Shown in pieces: positions 37,314 through 49,565 of a stretch of DNA of 64,000 bases (its first letter is position 1; every line of letters begins with the position of its first letter). A program made the translations under genes and the position numbers. The notes below the pieces were generated by a model that saw only the letters and a list, made by a program, of their open reading frames with translations, was not told where the DNA came from and did no database searches. Origin of the DNA: Candidatus Poriferisodalis sp. (GTDB taxonomy: Bacteria; Actinomycetota; Acidimicrobiia; Acidimicrobiales; Poriferisodalaceae); contig OZ244864.1 in NCBI GenBank assembly GCA_965221195.1, positions 2,006,219-2,070,218 on the forward strand, read 5' to 3'.

Positions 37314-38534
37314 GTGAAATTTGCTGCATTTCTTGCGCCGCACCACCTGCCGGGCGAGAGTCCTGCGTTGCAGTTGCAGCGCGATCTCGACTTGACCACG
37401 CACCTCGACCGTCTCGGTTACGACGAGTTCTGGTGCGGCGAGCATCACTCGACCGGCTGGGAGACCATCGGTTCGCCTGAGATGTTCCTAGCGGCCGCAG
37501 CCATGCGCACCGGCCGCATCAAGCTCGGCACAGGCGTCACTTCCATCCCCTATCACCATCCGTTCCATGTCGCTCAGCGCATTGTGCAGCTCGACCAGAT
37601 GAGCATGGGGCGAGCGATATTGGGAACTGGCCCTGGGGCGCTGCCGTCGGATGCCCACACTTTGGGCATCGATCCGATGCTGCTGCGTGACCGCCAAGAC
37701 GAGGCCATTCCGGTCATCCAACGGCTGTTGGCCGGTGCTGAGCGGTTCACCTATGAGTGCGACTGGTTTTCGCTGTACGACGCCAAGCTGCAGATTTTGC
37801 CTTACCAACACAAGCTCCCGATGGCGACGGCGTCGATGATCAGCCCGTCGGGTATGACGCTCGCCGGCAAGCACGGGATTGGGGTGCTGTCGATCGGATC
37901 GATGTCAACCGAAGGCTTGGCCTCGCTGCCGCTGCAGTGGAGCTTCGCCGAGGAGGCCGCAGCCAAGCATGACCAGTTCATCAGCCGCGACGACTGGCGA
38001 GTGATGTTCAACTTCCATGTGGCGCTCACTCGCGATCAGGCTCGGCGCGATGTCACCCATGGCCTGCTGCGCTGGCACAACGAATACAACGTCGGCACCC
38101 TGCAGCGACCCGGTCTTGAACGTCTCACTTCGACGGCCGACGCGATTGACTTCTACGCAAACCCCGACACCTCTGCCGGTGTTATTGGCACCCCCGACGA
38201 CCTCATCGAGAACATTTTGCGGATGGCAGAGATCACTGGCGGGTTTGGCGCGGTGATGGGCTTCGTCAACGACTGGGCCGAACCCGAAGCCATGTTCCGC
38301 AGCTGGGACTTGGTCGCCCGCCACGTCATCCCAGCAGTCAACGGCCAGCTTGCCTCCATGCGGGAATCGAACGAGTTTGTGATCCGCAACCGCGAATACT
38401 TTGACCGGGCAGGCGAGGCGATTATGACGAAAATCTTCGAGAACAAACGCGCCACGGCAGCGCTCAAAGACGGCGGCGCCGGCAGAACCGGTTTCACACC
38501 GCCACATGTAGGCGAAACCGCCGAGGCAAACTAA
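37314..38534 (+). CDS. LLM-class flavin-dependent oxidoreductase
   Basis: In-frame GTG at 37314. VKFAAFLAPHHLPGE...LGYDEFWCGEHHS is a typical LLM N-terminus. The upstream part of the track ORF overlaps the SDR gene. Confidence 0.8.
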   Translation: MKFAAFLAPHHLPGESPALQLQRDLDLTTHLDRLGYDEFWCGEHHSTGWETIGSPEMFLAAAAMRTGRIKLGTGVTSIPYHHPFHVAQRIVQLDQMSMGRAILGTGPGALPSDAHTLGIDPMLLRDRQDEAIPVIQRLLAGAERFTYECDWFSLYDAKLQILPYQHKLPMATASMISPSGMTLAGKHGIGVLSIGSMSTEGLASLPLQWSFAEEAAAKHDQFISRDDWRVMFNFHVALTRDQARRDVTHGLLRWHNEYNVGTLQRPGLERLTSTADAIDFYANPDTSAGVIGTPDDLIENILRMAEITGGFGAVMGFVNDWAEPEAMFRSWDLVARHVIPAVNGQLASMRESNEFVIRNREYFDRAGEAIMTKIFENKRATAALKDGGAGRTGFTPPHVGETAEAN

Positions 38535-38627
38535 CGCGCCCCGGCTGCTGCCACCTAGCTATGGCATGTGGCCTGCGGCTAAGGCATTTGGCGAGGCGAT
38601 CGCGAGCTGGCGCTCAACCGTTTCCGC

Positions 38628-40934
<2,307 letters not shown>

Positions 40935-41366
40935 TCACACAGTCGTGAAGCCTTTTGCCGCTGCGAAAGAGTTCTGCACCTGCCGCTACCATCAAGACGA
41001 TGGCATTGAACGACGCAGCAAGTAACGCGACACGTGACGCGGCAGGTGCTTTGCCGGAGCCAGATGCCAAGCCGCTAGATGTGCTGACAGATGTGTGGCA
41101 AGGGCAGAGAGCTAGAGAGGACGGTGCTTCCGACGCAGACACTCTCGACGTTGCATCTGGCAACGCCAAAATTTGCCGCAACGCTCGCCACTTCACGTTC
41201 GACGGCTTCGCTGAAGGCAGTGCTGAGGGAAGTAAAGACATCGCCGCGTCATGGCGGAAGCTGCTCGAACGCGAAGGAAAGCTCTCTGGTGATGGTTCCT
41301 CACTGCGCGATCTCCTCCTAGGTCCAAACACAGGCGACTGAGGATGAGGACGCCGACGGCCCGCAG

Positions 41367-42266
41367 GTGACGGTGAGCGAACAGTCCTCCAGCGAGACGC
41401 CGCGAGACGTAGCTGATTTGCAAGAGCAGCTGCGTTCGGCCGGATACCTCGCGGGCCGCGGGCTGGCCACCGCAACGCTCATCGGAATGCGGCTGGGTCG
41501 GCCGATACTGCTTGAAGGTGAAGTCGGTGTAGGCAAGACCGAACTGGCTAAATGTCTCGCCCGCATCGGTGCCAAACAGCTCATCCGCCTCCAGTGCTAC
41601 GAAGGCATTGACACCCACCAAGCACTGTATGAGTGGGATTACGCCCGCCAGATGCTCCAAGTCAGGGCGCTGTCTGAGAGCGAGTTGACAAGCGATGCCG
41701 CTATCAGCGGGCTCTACGGCCCAGATTTTCTCATTGAGCGTCCGCTGCTGGCTGCCTTACGAGCCGGTAGCGACGCGGTGCTGCTCATCGACGAGGTTGA
41801 CCGAGCTGATGACGAGTTTGAAGCGTTCTTGCTGGAGTTGCTGTCGGACTTCCAGATCACCATCCCCGAGATCGGTACCTTTGCTGCGGCTAGCCGACCG
41901 ATGGTGCTGTTGACCTCAAATCGCACACGGGAACTGCACGACGCTCTAAAGCGGCGATGTCTCTACCACTGGATCGGATATCCCAGTTTCGAGGAAGAGA
42001 TGCAGATCGTGCGTTTGCGCGCGCCGGATGTGGTTGAGACTCTCGCTCAGCGGGTGGTCGCCGCGGTTCAGCGCTTGCGCAGCATCGACCTCGCCAAGCC
42101 GCCGGGTGTCGCTGAGACACTGGACTGGGTGGATGCGCTGGGTGTGGTAGGTGCCAACGACCTCGATGTGGCTGCGGCGGCTGACACGATCGGTGCGGTC
42201 ATCAAAGATCGAGACGACCTTGAAGCCGTTGAAGGCGAACTCCATCGTGTTGTCGCCGATGCGTGA
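41367..42266 (+). CDS. MoxR-type AAA+ ATPase (CoxD-like)
   Basis: ILLEGEVGVGKT (Walker A) and LLIDEVDRA (Walker B). 299 aa. Confidence 0.9.
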   Translation: MTVSEQSSSETPRDVADLQEQLRSAGYLAGRGLATATLIGMRLGRPILLEGEVGVGKTELAKCLARIGAKQLIRLQCYEGIDTHQALYEWDYARQMLQVRALSESELTSDAAISGLYGPDFLIERPLLAALRAGSDAVLLIDEVDRADDEFEAFLLELLSDFQITIPEIGTFAAASRPMVLLTSNRTRELHDALKRRCLYHWIGYPSFEEEMQIVRLRAPDVVETLAQRVVAAVQRLRSIDLAKPPGVAETLDWVDALGVVGANDLDVAAAADTIGAVIKDRDDLEAVEGELHRVVADA

Positions 42267-43486
42267 CACAAACCCCAGAGGGGACCTCGACCAGACTGCT
42301 GGCTGTGGTTGAGAGCGAACCCGTTGAGCCAGTTGAGCCTGTTGAGCCAGTTGAGCCTGTCGAGCTAGTTGAGCCTGTCGAACGACTCATCGGTTTTGGG
42401 CGCGCACTGCGAGAGGGAGGCTTGCCCGTAGGAGCCGACGATGTGGTCGCCTTCTGCTCCGCGGTCTCGCAGTTCACCAGCAGCGATCTCCAAGACACCT
42501 ACTGGAGTGGACGCACAACGATGATTCATCGCCGTGAGCACCTTCCGCTCTACGACGAAGTGTTCCGTCAATATTTTCTCGGACACCCGCCGGCGGTCCG
42601 CGCCGTTCCTGCTTCGTTCGTGTCGGCTGCCCAAGGCTTTGCCAGCACGCTGAATGTGCCCGATGGTGAGCCCGGGTCTCAAACCGGTGACGATCGGCCC
42701 ATGGTGCTCGGACGGCAAGCATCAGGTGTTGACATTGCTCGCAACAAAAAATTCGCCGCATGCACTTCCGCCGAACTGGCTGCGCTGCGACGCATCATGT
42801 CCCGAGTCCGACTCGAACCTCCTCTACGGCGCACCCGCCGACGTCGGCCCGACCCCCACGGAGCGCGCTTGGACATCCGGCGGATGGCACGCGAGGCTAT
42901 GAAGCTCAGCCACACCGCCCCGGTGCTGCATCGCATGAGACGCACGCAGCAGGCCCGCCCGTTGGTGTTGATCCTCGACGTGTCGGGATCGATGGCCGAT
43001 TACTCCAGGAATCTGCTGCAGTTCGCCTACTCGATGCGTCGGGCAGCTCAAAAAGTGGAAGTGTTCTGTTTCGGCACTCGGCTGACACGTATCACATCGG
43101 CGCTGGACCGTCGCAATCCCGACGACGCCATGAAGCTCGCAGCCGCTCGGGTGCTGGACTGGGACGGCGGAACCCAGATAGGCAAATCGTTGGACACGTT
43201 TATTCGTCGCTGGGGACGCAAAGGACTCAGCCGCGGCGCAGCGGTTGTTATTTGCTCTGACGGGTTGGACCGGGGAGAACCTGCCACACTCGCAGACGCA
43301 ATGGAACGCCTCAGTCGACTGTGCCACCGCATCATTTGGATGAACCCACTGGTTGGGCACGCCACCGACACGCTCCCGAGCACGCTAGCCATGATGGCCG
43401 CCGGCCCGTTCATTGACAGTCTCGAATCGGGCCACGACTTGGCGAGTCTGGAGTCCTTCGCCGCCGAACTGGCCCAGCTTCGGTGA
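42263..43486 (+). CDS. vWA-domain protein (CoxE-like) with N-terminal EPV repeats
   Basis: 4-nt overlap with moxR. The MIDAS-like motif is LVLILDVSGSM. A 9-nt x7 repeat at about 42317-42379 encodes EPVEPVEPVEPVEPVELVEPV. Confidence 0.85.
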   Translation: MTQTPEGTSTRLLAVVESEPVEPVEPVEPVEPVELVEPVERLIGFGRALREGGLPVGADDVVAFCSAVSQFTSSDLQDTYWSGRTTMIHRREHLPLYDEVFRQYFLGHPPAVRAVPASFVSAAQGFASTLNVPDGEPGSQTGDDRPMVLGRQASGVDIARNKKFAACTSAELAALRRIMSRVRLEPPLRRTRRRRPDPHGARLDIRRMAREAMKLSHTAPVLHRMRRTQQARPLVLILDVSGSMADYSRNLLQFAYSMRRAAQKVEVFCFGTRLTRITSALDRRNPDDAMKLAAARVLDWDGGTQIGKSLDTFIRRWGRKGLSRGAAVVICSDGLDRGEPATLADAMERLSRLCHRIIWMNPLVGHATDTLPSTLAMMAAGPFIDSLESGHDLASLESFAAELAQLR

Positions 43487-43526
43487 ATCCGCCTCACCGA
43501 GCCCGAGCCGTGATGGGACCGAGACC

Positions 43527-43811
43527 GTGAACCGGTGGAGCGTCTCTATCGAGGCCGAAGGCGATCGCCTCATCGAACTCGATGAAGTAGTGGCTCTCGC
43601 CGATGCCGTTGCACCACTTGAAGGCATTGCGTCTGGTGTTGGCGCAATGACCTACGGTGTCCAGATTGTTGTGGAAGCTCACAACCCCGACCAAGCCGTA
43701 GAGGCAGCCATGACGGCGTTCGCTGCTGCCGTCGAGACAGCAGGCCTTCCTGCTTGGCCGATGACGCGTGCCGAAGTGATCGGTGAAGATGAGTGGGAGT
43801 TCGACGAATGA
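43527..43811 (+). CDS. small hypothetical protein
   Basis: In-frame GTG at 43527. 94 aa: VNRWSVSIEAEGDRLIELDEVVALADAV... Start uncertain. Confidence 0.4.
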   Translation: MNRWSVSIEAEGDRLIELDEVVALADAVAPLEGIASGVGAMTYGVQIVVEAHNPDQAVEAAMTAFAAAVETAGLPAWPMTRAEVIGEDEWEFDE

Positions 43812-43821
43812 TGCAGCGCCC

Positions 43822-44313
43822 ATGATTCGACTCGGTTCGCTTGCCGGTTATCCCTTTGAAGGACCGCGGGTGCTTGGCGGATGGACACCTCCAGCAGCCG
43901 CTGGCGTCTTTGCGATCCTGTTCCGAGCCGATCCTGAGCATCGAAAACACGACTACGCCGTCATTGACGTAGACCATGCTGATGACCTGCGGGAGATAGG
44001 TCTGCCGTTCGGTCATCCGCGCGCGAAATGTTGGGAACGACGTGCCGGCAACAAGTGGAACCTGCACATCTGCACGTATCAGGTGCCGGGCGGTCTCCGC
44101 TCGCACCGCGCCCAGATCGCTCGGGAACTCATCGCTGTGTACCGCCCCGGCTGCGCGCCCGACCAGTACGACCAAGTCTGGGAAGACGAATGGATCGGTA
44201 GCTACCGAGCCCCTACCGCCGGTCCGCTTACCACCACGCGCAACCCAAACGGCCCAACAGACGGCCCAGCAGACGGCCCAACAGACAGCGCCCCCAATCA
44301 GGACCCGAGCTGA
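43822..44313 (+). CDS. hypothetical protein
   Basis: 163 aa from the internal ATG at 43822. GVFAILFRADPEHRKHDYAVIDVDHADDL is followed by a Pro/Thr/Gly-rich tail. Confidence 0.45.
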   Translation: MIRLGSLAGYPFEGPRVLGGWTPPAAAGVFAILFRADPEHRKHDYAVIDVDHADDLREIGLPFGHPRAKCWERRAGNKWNLHICTYQVPGGLRSHRAQIARELIAVYRPGCAPDQYDQVWEDEWIGSYRAPTAGPLTTTRNPNGPTDGPADGPTDSAPNQDPS

Positions 44314-44410
44314 AGCCCAGTAGTTGGGACCCGTTTGCTATTGGGGCCTAGTAGCTGAGGCCCAGTCGTTGAGGCCCAGTCGTTGAGGCCCAGTCGCTGG
44401 GACCCGTTTG

Positions 44411-44773
44411 CTACTGGGGTTGGTAGCCGACAGCTTCGTGCAAGCGGGTGCGACGCGTACCCATAGCCGGGCGAGCTGGTGACGGCTCTTGCGGCTGTGT
44501 GTCGGGCTCGTACGTGGCACCGGTCACAATGCCTTCAGCCATGCCGTACAGCAACGGCAATGCCCCAGCGACGACACCGGCGGTGCTGTTGATGCGTTCG
44601 ACGCCTGGTTCCACCGCCTCGGCATCGGCTTTGATCTTCCACACGATCTGCGAGCACTCCTCAAGTAGCCCGGCGATCCGAGTGAGCTGACTGCCTACAA
44701 CGAAGAGGTAGAAGGCCAGCCCGGCGATGAACAGCCCGATGAGGACTACGGAAAGGACTACGAGCGTGGTCAT
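44411..44773 (-). CDS. small single-TM protein, paralogue 5 of a tandem array
   Basis: 120 aa: N-terminal TM helix (LVVLSVVLIGLFIAGLAFYLFVV), then an amphipathic helix. Confidence 0.6.
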   Translation of the reverse strand: MTTLVVLSVVLIGLFIAGLAFYLFVVGSQLTRIAGLLEECSQIVWKIKADAEAVEPGVERINSTAGVVAGALPLLYGMAEGIVTGATYEPDTQPQEPSPARPAMGTRRTRLHEAVGYQPQ

Positions 44774-45060
44774 GAGCGCACCTTGTCGAGAACGCGACCC
44801 AAGAACAGATGGTGTTCGAGGCCTTCGGACAGCACTGCATCTACTTGGTCGGCGGTTTGTGCAATCAAGGCAGTGTCAGAAGTGTTGGCGGCAGCCCGTT
44901 CGAGCGTGTCCTTGATGGTTTCCACACGACGCTCGATAGTGCGCACCAGCAGCACCAACATGGTGAGCAGCACCACCACAGCCACGATCACGACAAAGCC
45001 GCCGATGATGACCCCCCACCACAGGTTCTCTTGAGTGTCAGTGAGAGCCAGCAAACTCAT
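44770..45060 (-). CDS. small single-TM protein, paralogue 4
   Basis: 96 aa. TM helix VIIGGFVVIVAVVVLLTMLVLLV, then RTIERRVETIKDTLERAAANT. 4-nt overlap with the next gene. Confidence 0.6.
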   Translation of the reverse strand: MSLLALTDTQENLWWGVIIGGFVVIVAVVVLLTMLVLLVRTIERRVETIKDTLERAAANTSDTALIAQTADQVDAVLSEGLEHHLFLGRVLDKVRS

Positions 45061-45061
45061 C

Positions 45062-45328
45062 TCAGCCTCCTAACCGGTTCCGGCCGCGTTCAAGCCCGGC
45101 GACAATCACCGACGCCGCTGCAATCGTCGTGTTCAGCTCTCCGAGCGCTGCGGTGTGGGTGACGGCATCTTCTAGCCCGTCGTTGATTTCAGTGGCCCGT
45201 TCCCCAATCGAGCGGGCCAGCACCAAGATGGGCACCACCAGCGCGACGACCGCGACTACAACGACGATGCCGATGACATATCCGATCACCCATCCGGTGG
45301 TGGATTCTTGAGCGAGCAAAGCCAACAC
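45062..45328 (-). CDS. small single-TM protein, paralogue 3
   Basis: 88 aa. TM helix VIGYVIGIVVVVAVVALVVPILVL, then ARSIGERATEINDGLEDAVTHT. Confidence 0.6.
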   Translation of the reverse strand: MLALLAQESTTGWVIGYVIGIVVVVAVVALVVPILVLARSIGERATEINDGLEDAVTHTAALGELNTTIAAASVIVAGLERGRNRLGG

Positions 45329-45341
45329 GTCGTGCCTTCCT

Positions 45342-45569
45342 TCAGATCGATTCGCAGAAATCGTGGACCGGCTTGAGCGTCGAGTTCACCGACGGCAGCA
45401 CAGTCGGCACCGTGGAAGTCTTCTCGGCGATGACGCGCACGCCCCCAGTCAGCTGGGTGAGCGTGCGATGCACCGCCACCAAATGCAGCACCACCCGCAG
45501 CAAACCAACAGCCGCAGCCAAGATGATGAGCCCGGCGATTATCACCGTGAACCAAGCAACAACAGGCAT
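45342..45569 (-). CDS. small single-TM protein, paralogue 2
   Basis: 75 aa. TM helix VVAWFTVIIAGLIILAAAVGLL, then RVVLHLVAVHRTLTQLTGGV. Confidence 0.55.
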   Translation of the reverse strand: MPVVAWFTVIIAGLIILAAAVGLLRVVLHLVAVHRTLTQLTGGVRVIAEKTSTVPTVLPSVNSTLKPVHDFCESI

Positions 45570-45581
45570 TGCGTTCTCCTC

Positions 45582-45833
45582 TCAGCCCAGAAGCTTCCCG
45601 ACCGAACCGGCGTAACGAACTGCGCCGTCCGCTACTTCGGTGATCGTCTCGTCGGTGGTCGCGAGCAAGTCTGGGGTGGCGTCAAGTTCGCCAATGATCC
45701 CCACTCCCCCAGCCAAGATGTCGTCACTGGCCTTACGGATTCGCTCCAAGGCAGCGAGCACCCGGTTCAGCAGCACGAGCGCCACGGGTACGACAACCAA
45801 CAGCAATATGAGATTTCCTATCCACCAGAGCAC
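45582..45833 (-). CDS. small single-TM protein, paralogue 1
   Basis: GTG at 45833 after GAGGAGG, 10 nt past the coxG stop. 83 aa: LWWIGNLILLLVVVPVALVLL, then NRVLAALERIRKASDDIL. The longer track ORF overlaps coxG. Confidence 0.55.
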   Translation of the reverse strand: MLWWIGNLILLLVVVPVALVLLNRVLAALERIRKASDDILAGGVGIIGELDATPDLLATTDETITEVADGAVRYAGSVGKLLG

Positions 45834-45843
45834 AAGCGCCTCC

Positions 45844-46431
45844 TCAGACGGCCTCAGGACGGTACGGCAGAACAAATCGACGCAGCATGCGAGCGACGGC
45901 CAACCTCGCAGCGCGCAGACCAATGGCGAAGCCGCTAGCGGCGAGCACTCGCTCAACTTCATCGGGATTTTCACCGGCCGCTACTGCTGCGAGTCGGTTC
46001 TGCATGTTGGCGGCAAAATCGCCCAGCAAAACGGCCGTGATGTCGCCCACCAGTCCTCGACCGTACTGTGCGGCCGGGCCGGAGAGCTGCAGATCCATGG
46101 CGACATCCACAGCAGTGCCACCCGTTGTTGGGGCAAGGTGTGCGTTGAGCACGACTGTCGCTTGGCCGCGTCCCTTGCGATCTGTACCACTGGCGCTGAC
46201 TGAGATCGTGCGGGCCGCCGCATCGCGTTGGGTGATCTCGGCGTTGCCGTCGAAGTCCAGTTTGATCGGGCCAAGCCCGATAGACACAGTGCCGCTGTAG
46301 CGGTCGTCACCGAGATCGTTGCTGAGTTCTGTGCCGGGTAGGCAAGCTGCTACTTGGGGCACATTGCCGAAGAATTCCCACACAGCCTCCGTCGGCTGCG
46401 CTACTTCAAACTGGTTGGTGATCTGCATCAA
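45844..46431 (-). CDS. coxG: SRPBCC/CoxG-family protein
   Basis: MQITNQFEVAQPTEAVWEFFGNVPQVAACLPG is the CoxG-type N-terminus. 4-nt overlap with xdhC. Confidence 0.8.
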   Translation of the reverse strand: MMQITNQFEVAQPTEAVWEFFGNVPQVAACLPGTELSNDLGDDRYSGTVSIGLGPIKLDFDGNAEITQRDAAARTISVSASGTDRKGRGQATVVLNAHLAPTTGGTAVDVAMDLQLSGPAAQYGRGLVGDITAVLLGDFAANMQNRLAAVAAGENPDEVERVLAASGFAIGLRAARLAVARMLRRFVLPYRPEAV

Positions 46432-47186
46432 GCGTCTCCCTGTGCGCGCACTTGCACCAACTCGGCCAAGATCGACACAGCTACCTCCCTGTGGGAAGTA
46501 CTGCCGAGATCTAGCCCTGCGGGATATCGCAACGAGTTGAGGACAGATTCGTCGATTCCTTCGTCTGCTAACGCAGCCCGGGTGGCATCGCCGCGCCGAG
46601 TTGAAGCAACGAAACCCACATAGGCAGGGGTGGCCTTCAGCGCAGCTTTCAGCACTTCGCGGTCGCCGTTGCCTTGAGTGCCGACTAACACCATCGACTG
46701 TGACGTGAGTAGTCCTCCGCTGAACTCAGAGCCGCTGACGTGCTCAACGCGCCAGTCAAGTTCCTGGGCCAAAGCGGCCAACGTCTCCGTCATCGGTGAG
46801 CTTCCGACAATCACCAAGTGGGGTGCAGTCACGACGGGCTCCAAGTAAATCTGCAGGGCGCCTTCGCTCTGGCACGACATAGGGACAACTGCGGTGCCTA
46901 GGGGCAGGTCGTTGAAATGGTCGCTGGCTCCCAGCGCCAGCAGCCGCGGTGTTCCTGTTTGCAATACAGCCATCGCCTCGCGGATGAATGTTGGCTTCGC
47001 GCAGGCACCGCCGATCCAGCCATGCATCTCACCTGCCGCTGTACAGATAGCGCGTGAGCCTTGCTGGCCCGAACTCGGTCCTGCGCGCCAAACCACCGTC
47101 CCCAGCACGAATGGCTCGCCGCTGCGGGCAAGCTCAACAGCGCGTTCCAGCACACCCCAGCCCTCGGTGGCACGGCTCTGGCTCAT
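46428..47186 (-). CDS. XdhC/CoxI-family molybdenum cofactor insertion accessory protein
   Basis: 252 aa. N-terminal XdhC domain (EPFVLGTVVWRAGPSSG) and a Rossmann-like half (HLVIVGSSPMTETLA). Confidence 0.8.
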   Translation of the reverse strand: MSQSRATEGWGVLERAVELARSGEPFVLGTVVWRAGPSSGQQGSRAICTAAGEMHGWIGGACAKPTFIREAMAVLQTGTPRLLALGASDHFNDLPLGTAVVPMSCQSEGALQIYLEPVVTAPHLVIVGSSPMTETLAALAQELDWRVEHVSGSEFSGGLLTSQSMVLVGTQGNGDREVLKAALKATPAYVGFVASTRRGDATRAALADEGIDESVLNSLRYPAGLDLGSTSHREVAVSILAELVQVRAQGDA

Positions 47187-49564
47187 GGCGTGTTTCTCAC
47201 CGGAGGTGCGCCGGAGACGTCATGGCCTTCAGTTATGGCCTCATGCACTCGATCTGGCAGCAGTGGCATGTCTATGTTGCGCACACCGTCGGAGCCAACG
47301 GCGTCAATGACGGCGTTAACAAATGCAGCCGGTCCGCCCACTGTGGCGCACTCGCCGATTCCTTTCGCTCCGATGGGATGGTGCGGGCAAGGAGTCACCA
47401 CTTCGTGCAACTCAAAACCTGGTGTCTCCCAAGCGGTCGGTAGCAGATAGTCCATGTAGTTGGAACCGATGCAGTTGCCGTCGGAATCGAAAGTGATGAA
47501 CTGCATGTTCGCCATGGCATACGCCTCGGTGAGCCCGCCCATGATCTGTCCTTCGACGATCATCGGGTTGATGCGAACACCACAGTCGTCCACTGCCACC
47601 ACCCGCAGCACGTCCCACACTCCGGTCTGGGGATCCACCTCAACTGTGGCGATGTAACAAGCGAACGGCCAGGTGAGGTTTGGCGGGTCGTAGTAGGCGT
47701 TGTTTTCAAGACCTGGCTCCATGCCGTCCGGCATGTTGCTGTAGGCGGCAACCGCGCAGTCTTGGATGGTCACGCCCCGGTCTGGGGCGCCCCGCACCGA
47801 GAACCGTCCTAGCTCCCATTCGATGTCTTCTTCTGACACTTCCAGCAGATGGGCTGCGATCTTGCGAGCCTTAGCGCGGATCTTGCGCGACACCATAGAC
47901 ACTGCCGCGCCGGCCACCGGAGTGCTGCGCGAGGCGTAGGTGCCCATGCCGAACGGTGCTGTGTCGGTGTCGCCCTCCTCCACAAGAACGTCTTCGGCGG
48001 GAATGCCCAATTCGTGGGCCACGATCTGTGCCCATGTGGTCTCATGGCCTTGACCTTGGGTTTTGGCACCGGTGCGCAGCAGCGCCTTGCCGGTCATATG
48101 CACCTTGAGTTCGGCTGAGTCGAACATTTTGATGCCCAAAATGTCGTATTCGCGGCTGTTGCCTGCGCCCAAAGGCTCAGTCATCGTTGAGATGCCGATG
48201 CCCAGCAGTCGTCCACGTTGGCGCGCTTGTTCCTTCTGGTGCAAAAAATCTTCGTAGCCGATGGCTTCAAGTCCCAACTCAAGGCACTTGCCGTACTGAC
48301 CTGAATCGGTCAGAAACCCCCACGGGGTGCGGTGCGGAAAGTCGTCGTCGCGCACCAAGTTGATGCGACGGAACTCGGCTTGGTCCATCCCGAGGTCGGA
48401 AGCAGCGGCTTGCACCATGCGCTCTTGGAAGTACATGGCTTCGGTGACCCGAAATGAGCAGCGGTACGCAACCCCGCCCGGCGCTTTGTTGGTGTAGACA
48501 CCTCGGGCGGTGAGATGGGCGACCTTGATGTCGTAACAGCTGAACGCCGAGTGCATCAGGCCGACCTTGAACTTGCTCGGCTGAGCGTCTGAGAAGAAGG
48601 CGCCGTGGTCGGAATCGGTGTGCATCCTCACGCCCAAAATCCGGCCGTCGTTGCGCAGCGCCAACTCGCCCTTGAGGTAAATGTCGCGACCGAAGCCGGT
48701 TGAGATGAGATTGCCGGTCTTGTCCTCGATCCACTTGACAGGACGTTCAAGCAGGATTGACGCCAAAATCGACACCACATAGCCGGGATAGACCGGCACC
48801 TTGTTGCCGAAACCGCCACCGAGGTCAGGCGACACGATGCGAATCATGTGCTCGGGCAACTCGGCCACTAGCGCCACGGCAGCTCGGATGATGTGCGGCG
48901 CCTGAGTGGTCATATAGACGGTGAGCTTCGAGGTTGCCCGGTCGAAGTCGGCTATTGAGCCGCAGGTCTCTATAGGCGACGGATGCGATCTGGGGTAGTG
49001 CATCTCAATCTTTGACACCACATCGGCTTGAGCGAAGGCCCGGTCGGTGCCCTCACGGTCGCCGACTTCCCAGTCGAACACGACGTTGTCTTGCTGACCT
49101 GTTTTGTCGTCGCGGATCAATGGCGCGTCGGCAGCGAGAGCCTGAGCCGGGTTGACTATCGGCGGCAGCGGCTCGTAGTCCACCACGATTGCTTCGCATC
49201 CATCCTTGGCTATGTAGGGATCATCGGCAACGACGCAGGCCACTTCTTGGCCTTGGAACCTGACCTTGTCGGTAGCGAGGACGGCTTGGGTGTCGTAAGA
49301 AAGCGTCGGCATCCACGCCAGATTCCGCGAGGCCAACATGTCGCCCGTGAGCACCATGCGAACGCCGGGAATTGCCCATGCGGCGCTGGCGTCAATGGAG
49401 CGGATGCGGGCATGGGCCAGTGGGCTGCGCAGTATCTCCATGTGCAGCATTCCGGGCAGGGTGATGTCGTCTACGTAGTTGCCTTTGCCGCGGATGAAGC
49501 GGTTGTCTTCCACCCGGCGTCGGCTGGCACCGAGACCGCCGATCTTGATCTCATCAAGTGACAT
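47183..49564 (-). CDS. coxL: aerobic CO dehydrogenase large (molybdopterin) subunit, form I signature
   Basis: ATG at 49564, 1 nt after the coxS stop. The active-site loop GGVAYRCSFR matches the form I AYxCSFR motif. 793 aa. Confidence 0.9.
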   Translation of the reverse strand: MSLDEIKIGGLGASRRRVEDNRFIRGKGNYVDDITLPGMLHMEILRSPLAHARIRSIDASAAWAIPGVRMVLTGDMLASRNLAWMPTLSYDTQAVLATDKVRFQGQEVACVVADDPYIAKDGCEAIVVDYEPLPPIVNPAQALAADAPLIRDDKTGQQDNVVFDWEVGDREGTDRAFAQADVVSKIEMHYPRSHPSPIETCGSIADFDRATSKLTVYMTTQAPHIIRAAVALVAELPEHMIRIVSPDLGGGFGNKVPVYPGYVVSILASILLERPVKWIEDKTGNLISTGFGRDIYLKGELALRNDGRILGVRMHTDSDHGAFFSDAQPSKFKVGLMHSAFSCYDIKVAHLTARGVYTNKAPGGVAYRCSFRVTEAMYFQERMVQAAASDLGMDQAEFRRINLVRDDDFPHRTPWGFLTDSGQYGKCLELGLEAIGYEDFLHQKEQARQRGRLLGIGISTMTEPLGAGNSREYDILGIKMFDSAELKVHMTGKALLRTGAKTQGQGHETTWAQIVAHELGIPAEDVLVEEGDTDTAPFGMGTYASRSTPVAGAAVSMVSRKIRAKARKIAAHLLEVSEEDIEWELGRFSVRGAPDRGVTIQDCAVAAYSNMPDGMEPGLENNAYYDPPNLTWPFACYIATVEVDPQTGVWDVLRVVAVDDCGVRINPMIVEGQIMGGLTEAYAMANMQFITFDSDGNCIGSNYMDYLLPTAWETPGFELHEVVTPCPHHPIGAKGIGECATVGGPAAFVNAVIDAVGSDGVRNIDMPLLPDRVHEAITEGHDVSGAPPVRNTP

Positions 49565-49565
49565 C

